Notes: generated by a model not told the origin, from the sequence alone. A stretch of 64,000 bases of DNA from Candidatus Saccharimonadales bacterium (GCA_038209015.1 JBBQYC010000001.1:18974-82973); one strand, 5' to 3'. Shown: positions 8,512 through 17,367, counted from the stretch's first letter. A program made the numbers and translations.

Positions 8512-9216
8512 TTATTTTTTAGCTTTATGCCTTATATCATTCTTTGTTTCTTTTTGGGTAACTGCATCAGCAAGATTAACATTCAACCTATTGGCTAAAT
8601 GCACGAGGTATAGTTGCACATCTGCAAGCTCGTCTAATACAGAAACGTTTTCATAGCCTTCATCACGATTAAGCCCTTCGTTTTTACGAATTGCACGTGC
8701 TAACTCACCAATCTCCTCTGTAAGAAGCAACATTGTGTCTCTTGCGGATTCTTCTGCCCAGCCCCTACGTTTAGATATTCTTGCATAGTAGCTTTGCAGA
8801 CCATTTATTCCGTGTCCTGGTTTGTGAACTCTTTCCTGTACATCAGTGGGGCTTTTAACAACTTCTGTAATCATTTTTTCTATCAAAGGGTCAACAGGCT
8901 TTTCATCTGTATAAACGGGTATGCCAAGGGAGTGAGCATTGCCGATTTCAAAAGCCGCACTTAAGCCGACGTAACCAGAAGGAGCAAACAGCCACACGAA
9001 ATCTGCGTCACGCATTGCAGCAAGCAGCCGTTCTTCAATGGTGACAATATCATCATCTAGCTCGTGCTGTGCTCTCACAAAGTCTGCTTTTGGCTCAGTA
9101 AAATCTATGCTCTTAGGGCAAAGAATATCAAAATCAACAGACAAGCTTTCGTATAGCCGCCTAAGCTTCTCTTGTTCCTTTCGGAAGGTACCTATTAAAA
9201 CGACGCTTTTTCGCAT
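8512..9216 (-). CDS. fusion protein: N-terminal nucleoside 2-deoxyribosyltransferase-like (Rossmann-like) domain + C-terminal MazG-like nucleotide pyrophosphohydrolase domain
   Basis: N-terminal half FVWLFAPSGYVGLSAAFEIGNAHSLGIPVY (deoxyribosyltransferase-like). C-terminal half LLLTEEIGELARAIRK...DELADVQLYLVHLANRLNVNLADAV (MazG/NTP-PPase helices with EExxE/D motifs). Confidence 0.6.
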   Translation of the reverse strand: MRKSVVLIGTFRKEQEKLRRLYESLSVDFDILCPKSIDFTEPKADFVRAQHELDDDIVTIEERLLAAMRDADFVWLFAPSGYVGLSAAFEIGNAHSLGIPVYTDEKPVDPLIEKMITEVVKSPTDVQERVHKPGHGINGLQSYYARISKRRGWAEESARDTMLLLTEEIGELARAIRKNEGLNRDEGYENVSVLDELADVQLYLVHLANRLNVNLADAVTQKETKNDIRHKAKK

Positions 9217-9268
9217 AGTTCTATAGTAGCAGTTCAGCCATGACCCTCATGCACTCAGACACCAGGCA

Positions 9269-9360
9269 GGATTCAAACTCATTTCAAAGTGTTAATCTCT
9301 GACCAACAAAAAAGAGATTGAATAGGGCTTCAATCTCTATCTATAATTTCACTCTGGTAC
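9269..9360. repeat. ~92-bp direct repeat copy 2; overlaps the 3' terminal 6 nt of tRNA-Arg and contains its downstream terminator hairpin
   Basis: See copy 1. GAGATTGAA-TAGGGC-TTCAATCTC hairpin at 9314..9337 with a T-run on the minus strand. Confidence 0.8.
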
Positions 9361-9431
9361 ACCCGGCAGGATTTGAACCTACGACCTTCTGTACCGCAAA
9401 CAGACGCTCTATCCAGCTGAGCTACGGGTGC
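9355..9431 (-). tRNA. tRNA-Arg (anticodon GCG by my folding; CCA encoded)
   Basis: The reverse complement GCACCCGTAGCTCAGCTGGATAGAGCGTCTGTTTGCGGTACAGAAGGTCGTAGGTTCAAATCCTGCCGGGTGTACCA folds as a 77-nt cloverleaf. Acceptor GCACCCG/CGGGTGT. Anticodon loop TTGCGGT. Confidence 0.8.
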
Positions 9432-9929
9432 GCGTCAGAGTGAGGCTTTTGACTCGCTCTGACGCGCCAAGCACGCAGAGTCTCATCTTGTAGCTCTCCC
9501 TCCTCCTTTCTAGTTTTTTTAAACAGCCGAGCCCGCAAAGCCGACTCCTTGGTTTAAAAAAACTGATTCAGGGCAGTTAGACTGCCAGAAACAGGGGTGA
9601 TTGTAGCATATGGCTGAGTATAGTGCCAGAGGCAGCGTAAAACTGTTGGTTTTGTGTCTCAGTCACCATTAATAACCATAATAGTGTTAGATTGATTATA
9701 GAACTTATAAAAAATATAGGGTATCGTGCTAATTGAAGGGAGACTTCGGGTTATGGTACACAAAAAATTTATTCCGCGTTATTACGTGCGAGATAGCGAA
9801 ACGCAAGAACTGTGGTGTTTTACTGCGCCAGCCATCGCTGGGAAATAACGGAAGTTATAATTATTGGCTTTTGATGGTTCAGTACTTTGTGCTGAACTCG
9901 GTTTGGTCTGCTGCTACTATGTATTGCAT

Positions 9930-10023
9930 GGAAGAGTGGCCGAGCCCGGTTGAAGGCGCACGACTCGAAATCGTGTAAGTACGGCAACGTGCTTCGAGGG
10001 TTCGAATCCCTCCTCTTCCGCCA
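9930..10023 (+). tRNA. tRNA-Ser (anticodon CGA), CCA encoded
   Basis: GGAAGAG acceptor. Anticodon stem-loop CACGA-CTCGAAA-TCGTG. Long variable arm. T-arm GAGGGTTCGAATCCCTC. Confidence 0.85.
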
Positions 10024-10024
10024 G

Positions 10025-11029
10025 TTACTTTGGGTTCACCTGCGGTCTGATAATATTCTGTCTGTTTCGTGTCAGTCTGAGCACAATGAATAATAAAATC
10101 GCAATGAGTATTACAGCGCCACTATAAATGAGCGTTCGCTGTACCGCTAAATCAATTGCCTGAAAGACAATGTTATTGAGTATGTTGGCAAAGGAGCCAT
10201 CTTTGAACTGGGCTTTGAGGTTAGGTGATAGGGCCGGAAGAAGTTTACCGAATACAAGAGCCGATATTGCTAAAAACAACCCTGTTGAAAGGAGCGATTT
10301 TGCAACTCGGTCTAGACCAATACGCTTTGATTTTGCCAAAAATACTATAGCAATTGATGAGATAACTGCCAAAACTGCCATGGTTAGAGGGAGTGTTTGT
10401 AGCCTTTGAAAGCTATCTGAGATTCTATCCAAATCTTGTTGTTGCACATCCCCGATATCATCAAATGTAATAGTGGTATCAGGCAGAAAACCATCACTTG
10501 CAAGCAGTTCTCGCTCTATCTTCTGTGCTTCAGCATCCAGATTGATACCGGGGGGTTGGCAGTCAAGTTCAAACGGATCTGTTGTAGTAGGCAGCGAGGA
10601 GCACATTGGCAGGCCTTGGACACGCTGCTTTGCGTACTGGCTGACCCCTTTCGCAATTTCTCGCTTTTCATCTGCCAGGTTCAGAACATAATCCGGTTTG
10701 GGGACTTCCCCATTCAGCCACCTATACGTTCCATCTGAAATATCCTTGAATAATTCTTTTAAACGTTCCGGAGGAAACGTATCATTGGCGAGCTTCCGAA
10801 TCTTGGGGTCGTTCACGGGTACGGTATTTTCCGAGTCGTCCAGCTTGGCGGATTCATCGAGTATGCGGTTGATTATCGAATCATATGCGCCGCTATTTTC
10901 AACAAACGATTGGGTGGTCGAAGGTGAGCCTATGAGTGCAACGAGTACTGCAGCTGTAATTGCCAGCAGCACGGATACCCTTAGGGTTATCCGGCTTATC
11001 CAATAGAGAGCGTTTTGCCACCAATGCAT
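10025..11029 (-). CDS. hypothetical integral membrane protein (N-terminal TM, extracytoplasmic middle region, C-terminal TM bundle)
   Basis: Long ORF with hydrophobic helices (VSVLLAITAAVLVALIG; LTMAVLAVISSIAIVFL; AVILIAILLFIVLRL). No recognised domain. Confidence 0.55.
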   Translation of the reverse strand: MHWWQNALYWISRITLRVSVLLAITAAVLVALIGSPSTTQSFVENSGAYDSIINRILDESAKLDDSENTVPVNDPKIRKLANDTFPPERLKELFKDISDGTYRWLNGEVPKPDYVLNLADEKREIAKGVSQYAKQRVQGLPMCSSLPTTTDPFELDCQPPGINLDAEAQKIERELLASDGFLPDTTITFDDIGDVQQQDLDRISDSFQRLQTLPLTMAVLAVISSIAIVFLAKSKRIGLDRVAKSLLSTGLFLAISALVFGKLLPALSPNLKAQFKDGSFANILNNIVFQAIDLAVQRTLIYSGAVILIAILLFIVLRLTRNRQNIIRPQVNPK

Positions 11030-11045
11030 GAGGGTATTGTATCAG

Positions 11046-12635
11046 TTAGTCACTGTTATGTGCGTTCAGTAGAGACGGCAGGTAGTGGTTTCGCCGTCCA
11101 ACCGTCACCGAAGCATCTGGATGAACAGTGAGAATCTGATATCCAAGCAGGTCGTGCGTTTGTTTATGGACGCTCAGTAGCACCATAGATGCATCGTCGT
11201 AAAGCGGACCAAACGTTGGCATATCACCACCTGCTCCACCGGAGCTAGCGCCGACTATTAGCAGACCTGCAGTATTAGTAGACGAAGTAATGTCTTCAAC
11301 TTGGTGTTTATGCATATGCCCAGACAATGCTACCTTGGCGCATCCGCGTTGTAGTGCGGTGTAGGCAGCATCGTGATCGTGAACTAAAAGGAAATCAACC
11401 GGCTCTGGTTGTGCGCAAGCTTCATGTGCCAGACGTTCGCCAATATCTACAACAGATTCTTCGCCAACTTGACGGATATTTACTCCAAACTGACTACGAC
11501 GTGGATCGCTATCACCGAGTATCGTTATTCCTTGTAGGGTGGTAGGCTGGCCGGTGAGCACGGAGAATCCTGCGCGGCTCATCTGCGGTCCTGTCACTGC
11601 TAGGTCATCATGGTTACCTAGGCTGGTCGCTTTATCGATTCCCTCAAGCGCTTTTCCTAGCGGCCCAATACACAACTCTTCATATTCCGTACCACTTGCG
11701 GTTACATCCCCACCATCCAATGCAAAGTCTATGGACTGTTGTTCTGCTACGGTTTCGATGACTCTACTCATCCCCGTATTACAGTGATAATCCGTTATAA
11801 ATAAGCCCGTTACTGATCTGTTTGTCGGCTGGAATGTCGGATGATCCTCAAGAGCTGCCTGCATATTGACGGCGGCTTGCTTATAAAATTGATCGTTACT
11901 GTTGATGTAGTCGAGTACTTCTACACCGGCTGTATTGACGGCCAGCTGCATCCACCTCCCTTTCACGAGCGCTCCTTCGAGCGGCGTATTCTCAAATAGT
12001 TCACTCACAGGTATGAACCCATCAGGTAGCTGTATTTCATGTGAAGCAGTTGGCATCTGTATTCCCAGCAAGCTAACGACGGCAGCGGCGGGAGCTAGTT
12101 TTCTCACTGCCGGCATTACGCGGGTTTCATACACTTGCCTTCGCGCATCACGACCCACAAATGTATACAGGGCAACGGTACCAGCCATAGCTATGAGTCC
12201 ATTGCGCGCTGCTTGCTTCCCTGTCTCTTTCGCAGTGTTCTGTAGATCGTCTTCTATGGTGGTGAGCATACGGGCATAGGATTGGAGTTCTTCAGGGCTG
12301 AGTTCAGATGGGTCAGAACCCAGTGATACATCAGCTGGCATTTCTTTGATGGTTATATGTGCCCCTACCCCGAACATATTTTTTTGAGGGAAGGCTATGG
12401 CGCCTGGCATACCCACGTCAAATGTCGCCAAACTATCGTACGAGACAGTGGTTACCGCTCGGTGACCACCTATGGTTGTTTCTGTGCCGATATGCTCTGC
12501 TGACAGTAGCGCCGACCCAACGCCGATGCCAAGAAGTGCTGCACTTTTTGCGATCTTAGGTAGAAGCCGCCGTTCCGGGGCGAATTGTAGTGTGTGTTGC
12601 GGCGCGACCGCTACCTCGGGGTTCGCCATATCCAT
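11046..12635 (-). CDS. membrane-associated calcineurin-like metallophosphoesterase
   Basis: Metallophosphoesterase motifs (LFITDYHCN; GGD; GNHD; GHMH). N-terminal hydrophobic segments. Confidence 0.65.
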   Translation of the reverse strand: MDMANPEVAVAPQHTLQFAPERRLLPKIAKSAALLGIGVGSALLSAEHIGTETTIGGHRAVTTVSYDSLATFDVGMPGAIAFPQKNMFGVGAHITIKEMPADVSLGSDPSELSPEELQSYARMLTTIEDDLQNTAKETGKQAARNGLIAMAGTVALYTFVGRDARRQVYETRVMPAVRKLAPAAAVVSLLGIQMPTASHEIQLPDGFIPVSELFENTPLEGALVKGRWMQLAVNTAGVEVLDYINSNDQFYKQAAVNMQAALEDHPTFQPTNRSVTGLFITDYHCNTGMSRVIETVAEQQSIDFALDGGDVTASGTEYEELCIGPLGKALEGIDKATSLGNHDDLAVTGPQMSRAGFSVLTGQPTTLQGITILGDSDPRRSQFGVNIRQVGEESVVDIGERLAHEACAQPEPVDFLLVHDHDAAYTALQRGCAKVALSGHMHKHQVEDITSSTNTAGLLIVGASSGGAGGDMPTFGPLYDDASMVLLSVHKQTHDLLGYQILTVHPDASVTVGRRNHYLPSLLNAHNSD

Positions 12636-12706
12636 TCCTACCAGTATGGCAAATTATGACCCGAAGTTGAAGATAACTATTACAACGCGCCTGCTACACT
12701 GGATGT

Positions 12707-13105
12707 ATGAGCGATACGATTTTTACTAAAATTATCAAAGGCGAAATCCCAAGTCATAAAATCTACGAAGATGCATTGACACTGGCCTTCCTCGACATTC
12801 ACCCTCTTCAGCCTGGTCACACGCTCGTTATACCAAAATCTCAGATTGAGTTCGTTTGGGATTTATCAGATGCAGATTATCAGGCGGTAATGGCAACCAC
12901 TAAGCTAGTTGCGCTCCATATGAGGCATGTACTGCAGGTGCCGTATATTCACTCACGAGTTGTTGGTATAGATGTACCTCACGCGCATGTTCAACTTATT
13001 CCCTTCTCTGATGTTTCGGAGCTGCGTGTTCAGCAGGATATGTCGGTTGAACCGGACCATGATGAGCTCGCTCGACTTGCGGACCGTTTGCGAATAAGCC
13101 AGTAG
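12707..13105 (+). CDS. HIT (histidine triad) family hydrolase
   Basis: HAHVQLIPF is the HxHxHxx triad. Typical HIT N-terminus IFTKIIKGEIP. Confidence 0.75.
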   Translation: MSDTIFTKIIKGEIPSHKIYEDALTLAFLDIHPLQPGHTLVIPKSQIEFVWDLSDADYQAVMATTKLVALHMRHVLQVPYIHSRVVGIDVPHAHVQLIPFSDVSELRVQQDMSVEPDHDELARLADRLRISQ

Positions 13106-13137
13106 CGAAATCGTATCCACCACGCTATACTTAACAT

Positions 13138-13314
13138 ATGTTTTCCACAGGATTAATCGGCTTATTCGCCGGGCTCGGCGTAGCTGCATATGTATACAAC
13201 ATGATGTATAAAAACACTGGTGGTAATACCCAGTCTGCTCTCATTGTGGCTGCTATTGCTGGCGGATTTGTATGGATCGGCTTAGCAGTCGGTCTTAGTA
13301 TGCTTTCTAGTTAG
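13138..13314 (+). CDS. possible small two-TM membrane protein (58 aa; below the ORF-track size cutoff)
   Basis: ATG..TAG open frame MFSTGLIGLFAGLGVAAYVYNMMYKNTGGNTQSALIVAAIAGGFVWIGLAVGLSMLSS found by reading the intergenic sequence. No homology evidence. Confidence 0.3.
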   Translation: MFSTGLIGLFAGLGVAAYVYNMMYKNTGGNTQSALIVAAIAGGFVWIGLAVGLSMLSS

Positions 13315-13454
13315 TACTAAACGGCTAGTTTCTATTGCTTAGACTGACCATAACTAGTACTATACTGTTATATGATCCCGTTAGAAATTGCGGGAAAAAG
13401 GGTGGTAAATGAATCATATTCAGTCAGATAACAGTTGGAAGGGTTTCTAACGGG

Positions 13455-14354
13455 ATGACACAGGTGGGAGCCAGGCCAAAGAAGGCCTCAGGTGGTGCTG
13501 AAGCACAGACGAGTTCCGAGAAAGCACTCGGAGCGGCCTTGCAGGCTGCCCGAAAGGCAGCCGGACTGACTCAGCAAGAGCTCTGTCAGCGTTCAGGACT
13601 TAGTTACTCAACGCTTGCCAAGATTGAACGTGGCGCCATTAAGTCCCCTTCTATCTTTACTATTCAGTCTATTGCTGGTGCACTTGGAACTGATCTCAAC
13701 GGGCTAATGGGCGTTAGCTCACCGCTCAAACCAGCTAAAAAAATAACCAAGAACGGTGTCAGTTTCATCTATTTTGATATCAACGGCTGCTTGGTAAGGT
13801 TTTTCCACCGGGCGTTCACCAAGCTGGCACATGACACAGGCGCATCACCAGATACGATTGAAACGACATTTTGGCACTACAACGATGCGGTTTGCCGCGG
13901 CGAAATGTCTATGGATGAGTTCAATGCGATTATGGCCAAGCAACTTAAATCCGATTCTATCGACTGGATGCAGTATTATCTGGCATCTGTTGATCCCATC
14001 ATGGAGATGCACGAGTTGGTTACCTGGGCTTCCGGCCAGTACGCAATTGGTCTTCTAAGTAATATTATGCCCGGATTTATTGACGCTATGCTGAAACAAG
14101 GTATCCTGCCTAAAGCCGATTACCAACATATTATTGATTCGTCTCAAGTTGGTGCTATTAAGCCAGAAAACACCATTTATGAAATTGCTGCTCAAAAAGC
14201 AGGCGTCTCACCCCAGGAAATATTGCTGATAGATGACTCCAGAACAAACCTTATGGCAGCAGAACGAATGGGCTGGCGGGTACTTTGGTTCGACGATTAT
14301 CGCCCAGATGAGTCTGCAGCTCGCGTTCGCGCCTCTATAGAACCAGCAAATTAG
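13455..14354 (+). CDS. XRE-family HTH domain fused to HAD-superfamily hydrolase domain
   Basis: HTH LTQQELCQRSGLSYSTLAKIERGAIKSPSIFTIQSIAGALG. HAD motifs (FIYFDINGCL; LLSN; LIDDSRTNLMAAERMGW). Confidence 0.65.
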   Translation: MTQVGARPKKASGGAEAQTSSEKALGAALQAARKAAGLTQQELCQRSGLSYSTLAKIERGAIKSPSIFTIQSIAGALGTDLNGLMGVSSPLKPAKKITKNGVSFIYFDINGCLVRFFHRAFTKLAHDTGASPDTIETTFWHYNDAVCRGEMSMDEFNAIMAKQLKSDSIDWMQYYLASVDPIMEMHELVTWASGQYAIGLLSNIMPGFIDAMLKQGILPKADYQHIIDSSQVGAIKPENTIYEIAAQKAGVSPQEILLIDDSRTNLMAAERMGWRVLWFDDYRPDESAARVRASIEPAN

Positions 14355-14496
14355 CCCAGATAATACCAGATAAAGTAACCCATCAAGACCATTGGTATGC
14401 CAACTATTATCGCTGGTCTCCATATCAAGCCTAGAAAATTCAGTAGAAGACCGATACCTATGAGGCTGAAACCAAATTTTTCGACTTTGTTTAATT

Positions 14497-17043
14497 TCAT
14501 ACGAACTGTGTTTGTGTGTGCTGTAGGGTTTTTAATGCTTCTTTAGTATCAGTTAGTTGCTGTTTCGTCTCATCTACGAGACTCTTCGGTGCATTTGCTA
14601 CATATGATGTATTCGACAACCGTTTTTCAAGATTTTTGATGTGCTGCTGGGCGGTATCTATCTGCGCTTGCAGCTTGTTTCGGTATGCTTGGATGGTTTT
14701 ATCGTCTAAATCCAGCCATGCTTCTGCAGATGTAAGCCTAATACCGCCACTAATTTCACCGCGCTCTACGCTGTTAAGACGCCCTAGCGATGCAATCAGA
14801 TGCTCATGAGCCGCTATCACTGGACTGCTGCTGAATACCAATCTTGATTTACTCACCCCAAGACTGGATTGGATGAAACGGATCTCACTAACCACGTCTT
14901 TTACTGCCTCAAACTGGTCAGCTTCATCGGCGTACGAATCTTCTAAGGCTCGCGGCCACGCACTCGTAATCAGTAAGTTTTCATCTTCCCATCTTAGGGT
15001 TTGCCAGATAGTTTCAGTGACGAATGGGACTAATGGATGCGCGAGCTTTAGAATTGTCTCAAGTGCATAGGCTAGCACGCTAGGGTTAGGCTGAACTTTG
15101 CTGGCTTCGATATACCAGTCTGCCAAATCATCCCAAACTAAATGGTAGATATATTCTGCGGCTTCAGAAAATCGATAGGTTTCGTACAAACGCGCCATAT
15201 CGGTCACAGATAGTTGTAATTTACGCAACATCCAGGCATCTGCATCTGTATGCACGGTTGGGTTGGAACGCAAATGGTACTCATCACCAATCTTATCTTC
15301 TATATAGCGTGCAATATTCCACAGTTTGTTGCAGAAGTTGCGTGCATCCTCTACCTTACGGGGGTCATAGCCTCTGTTTACAGCTGGAGCTCTGCCGGTA
15401 GTGAGTCCAAGCCGCAGCGCATCTGAACCGTACGCGTCTATTACTTCTATAGGGTTAATAACGTTGCCCTTGCTCTTACTCATTTTAGAGCCGTCTTCGG
15501 CCATGACGTAGCCATGAATATACACTTCCTTAAATGGAATGTCCCCTGTTACGTAGAGTCCGAGCATTATCATTCTTGATACCCATGGGTAGAGAATCTC
15601 GCCACCGGTTTCCATCAGGCTGTTTGGGTAGAAATCTTTGAATAGGTCGCCATCAGGATAGTTCATTGTTGCATATGGCCAACTGCTGCTGCTAAACCAG
15701 GTATCAAATACATCTGGATCTCGGCGGTATGTTTTTCCGTCAATTTCAATCAACTCTTGATCTATCGTGTCGTTATACATCCATTCATCTTCATCATCTA
15801 TGTTTTGGAACGCCGGGATTGGGATACCCCAGATGATTTGTCGACTAATATTCCAATCGCGCAGATTTTCGAGGTAGGTTATCAGCTGGGTTCGCTTGCT
15901 ATCTGGATAAAATGTAATTTGTTTCTGTTCGAGCGCCTTAATTGCCGGCTTCGCTAGAGGTTGCATATCAACAAACCATTGCTTCATAAGCATCGGTTCT
16001 ATAACTGTTTTACAGCGGTAGCATTTACCAACACGGTTTTTGTATTTTTTATCAATTTTAATGAGTAAACCTTTTGCTTCTAGTGCATCAGCTACCGCTT
16101 GGCGTGCTTCGAGCACGGGCATATCGCGGAAACGCCCTGCCCTCTCGTTCATAGTCCCGTCATGGTTAATAACGCGAACAGCAGGTAAATTATGACGCTG
16201 CGCGACCTCCCAGTCATTCGGATCATGGGCAGGAGTTATCTTTACGACCCCTGTTCCAAAGTCTCTGTCTACCATTTCATCAGCAATTACGTCGACTTCA
16301 AACGGGCCTTCCACGCCCTCTATAGTCAGGCGCTGGCCAACATATTTCTGATAACGAGTATCATCTGGGTGCACAGCTACAGCCGTATCACCGAACTTTG
16401 TTTCTGGTCGGGTAGTAGCTAGCTCAAAAGGTCCGTACTTTATGTAGTACAACGGCGTCACGGCATCCTCATATTCAACCTCAACATCAGCAAAGCCTGT
16501 GCGATGGAAGGTACAGTAATTTACCAGCCTTTCACCTCTGTAAATGAGTCCTTCATCCCACATTTTTTTAAATGTAGCGTGGGCCTGTTTGGTGACTTTC
16601 GGATCGAGCGTGTAGGTATAACTCTGCCAGTCCACGCTGGCTCCAAGACGTCGGTATTGGGATTCATACACCCCCTTATTCTCTGCTACAAATTCCCATA
16701 TCTGCTTGTATAAATCGTTGCGCTTAAAATCGAACCGGCTCTTCCCTTCCTTGTTCAGGTGTTTTTCATACACGTCTTGTGTTTCAAACCCCGCATGATC
16801 TGAACCGGGCAGCCATAGCGTTTTATCACCTTTCATACGGTGATAACGGATGGCGGTATCCTGAAGTGCAAACATAAGGCTGTGTCCGACATGTAAGTTC
16901 CCGTTTGCATTCGGGGGTGGCAGCACTATAGAGTAGGTTTCACCTGTTCCCCGATCTTTTGGCGTAAATGCGCCACTCTTTTCCCAGAGAGAGTAGATAT
17001 CAGATTCGTAGGCGTGCGGATCATACGTTTTGGGTAAATTCAT
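14497..17043 (-). CDS. valS: valine--tRNA ligase
   Basis: Class I HIGH (PPPNANGNLHVGHS) and KMSKS (KMSKSKGN) motifs. 848 aa with a C-terminal coiled coil. Confidence 0.9.
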   Translation of the reverse strand: MNLPKTYDPHAYESDIYSLWEKSGAFTPKDRGTGETYSIVLPPPNANGNLHVGHSLMFALQDTAIRYHRMKGDKTLWLPGSDHAGFETQDVYEKHLNKEGKSRFDFKRNDLYKQIWEFVAENKGVYESQYRRLGASVDWQSYTYTLDPKVTKQAHATFKKMWDEGLIYRGERLVNYCTFHRTGFADVEVEYEDAVTPLYYIKYGPFELATTRPETKFGDTAVAVHPDDTRYQKYVGQRLTIEGVEGPFEVDVIADEMVDRDFGTGVVKITPAHDPNDWEVAQRHNLPAVRVINHDGTMNERAGRFRDMPVLEARQAVADALEAKGLLIKIDKKYKNRVGKCYRCKTVIEPMLMKQWFVDMQPLAKPAIKALEQKQITFYPDSKRTQLITYLENLRDWNISRQIIWGIPIPAFQNIDDEDEWMYNDTIDQELIEIDGKTYRRDPDVFDTWFSSSSWPYATMNYPDGDLFKDFYPNSLMETGGEILYPWVSRMIMLGLYVTGDIPFKEVYIHGYVMAEDGSKMSKSKGNVINPIEVIDAYGSDALRLGLTTGRAPAVNRGYDPRKVEDARNFCNKLWNIARYIEDKIGDEYHLRSNPTVHTDADAWMLRKLQLSVTDMARLYETYRFSEAAEYIYHLVWDDLADWYIEASKVQPNPSVLAYALETILKLAHPLVPFVTETIWQTLRWEDENLLITSAWPRALEDSYADEADQFEAVKDVVSEIRFIQSSLGVSKSRLVFSSSPVIAAHEHLIASLGRLNSVERGEISGGIRLTSAEAWLDLDDKTIQAYRNKLQAQIDTAQQHIKNLEKRLSNTSYVANAPKSLVDETKQQLTDTKEALKTLQHTQTQFV

Positions 17044-17331
17044 CGTGTTAGAAACCCCTTCCAGTTAAGTTCAAAGTGTTAAGTATATCTGTTTCTAATT
17101 TGGGGTAATTTCTAACTTGATTCATCCCACCACTATAACAAGCAGCTAACAGAAATGCCACCCCTGTTAATTTTCATGTGAAAAGTTAGCAATAAGAACC
17201 AAAGGTTTTCACGTGAAACCTTATGTGCTTACTTCCAACCGTTTTCCTACGTGCAATTCTGATGGTCTTCAGAACAATACCGTTTTTATTTTCATAAGCA
17301 GTATACCAGATGAATTAACAGGGAAGCAATA

Positions 17332-17360
17332 TTGACCTAGTCACTAAAAACTGCTATAAT
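17332..17360 (+). promoter_or_regulatory. near-consensus sigma-70 promoter TTGACC-17-TATAAT (extended TGcTATAAT)
   Basis: TTGACC 17332..17337, 17-nt spacer, TATAAT 17355..17360. The 97-aa ORF begins at 17368. Confidence 0.55.
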
Positions 17361-17367
17361 CAGTCTA

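Noticed and set aside
9432-9929. Possible ncRNA (SRP RNA/6S/RNase P) in the 500-bp gap between tRNA-Arg and tRNA-Ser(CGA)
   Set aside because: I could not recognise conserved SRP domain IV, RNase P P4 or tmRNA motifs by eye. Only local hairpins were found (the IR at 9430..9467 and a TTTTTTTAAAC/GTTTAAAAAAA inverted pair around 9517..9565). This needs an Rfam scan.
14516-16713. Plus-strand ORFs inside valS; similar antisense ORFs inside tsaD, murE-like, argS, polA and dnaG
   Set aside because: They are embedded in long, motif-bearing housekeeping genes on the opposite strand.
17044-17331. Possible T-box leader upstream of valS (minus strand)
   Set aside because: I looked for the T-box consensus (AATTAGGGTGGNACCGCG) and specifier-loop architecture in the 320-bp leader and did not find a convincing match. 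A covariance-model scan would be the proper test.
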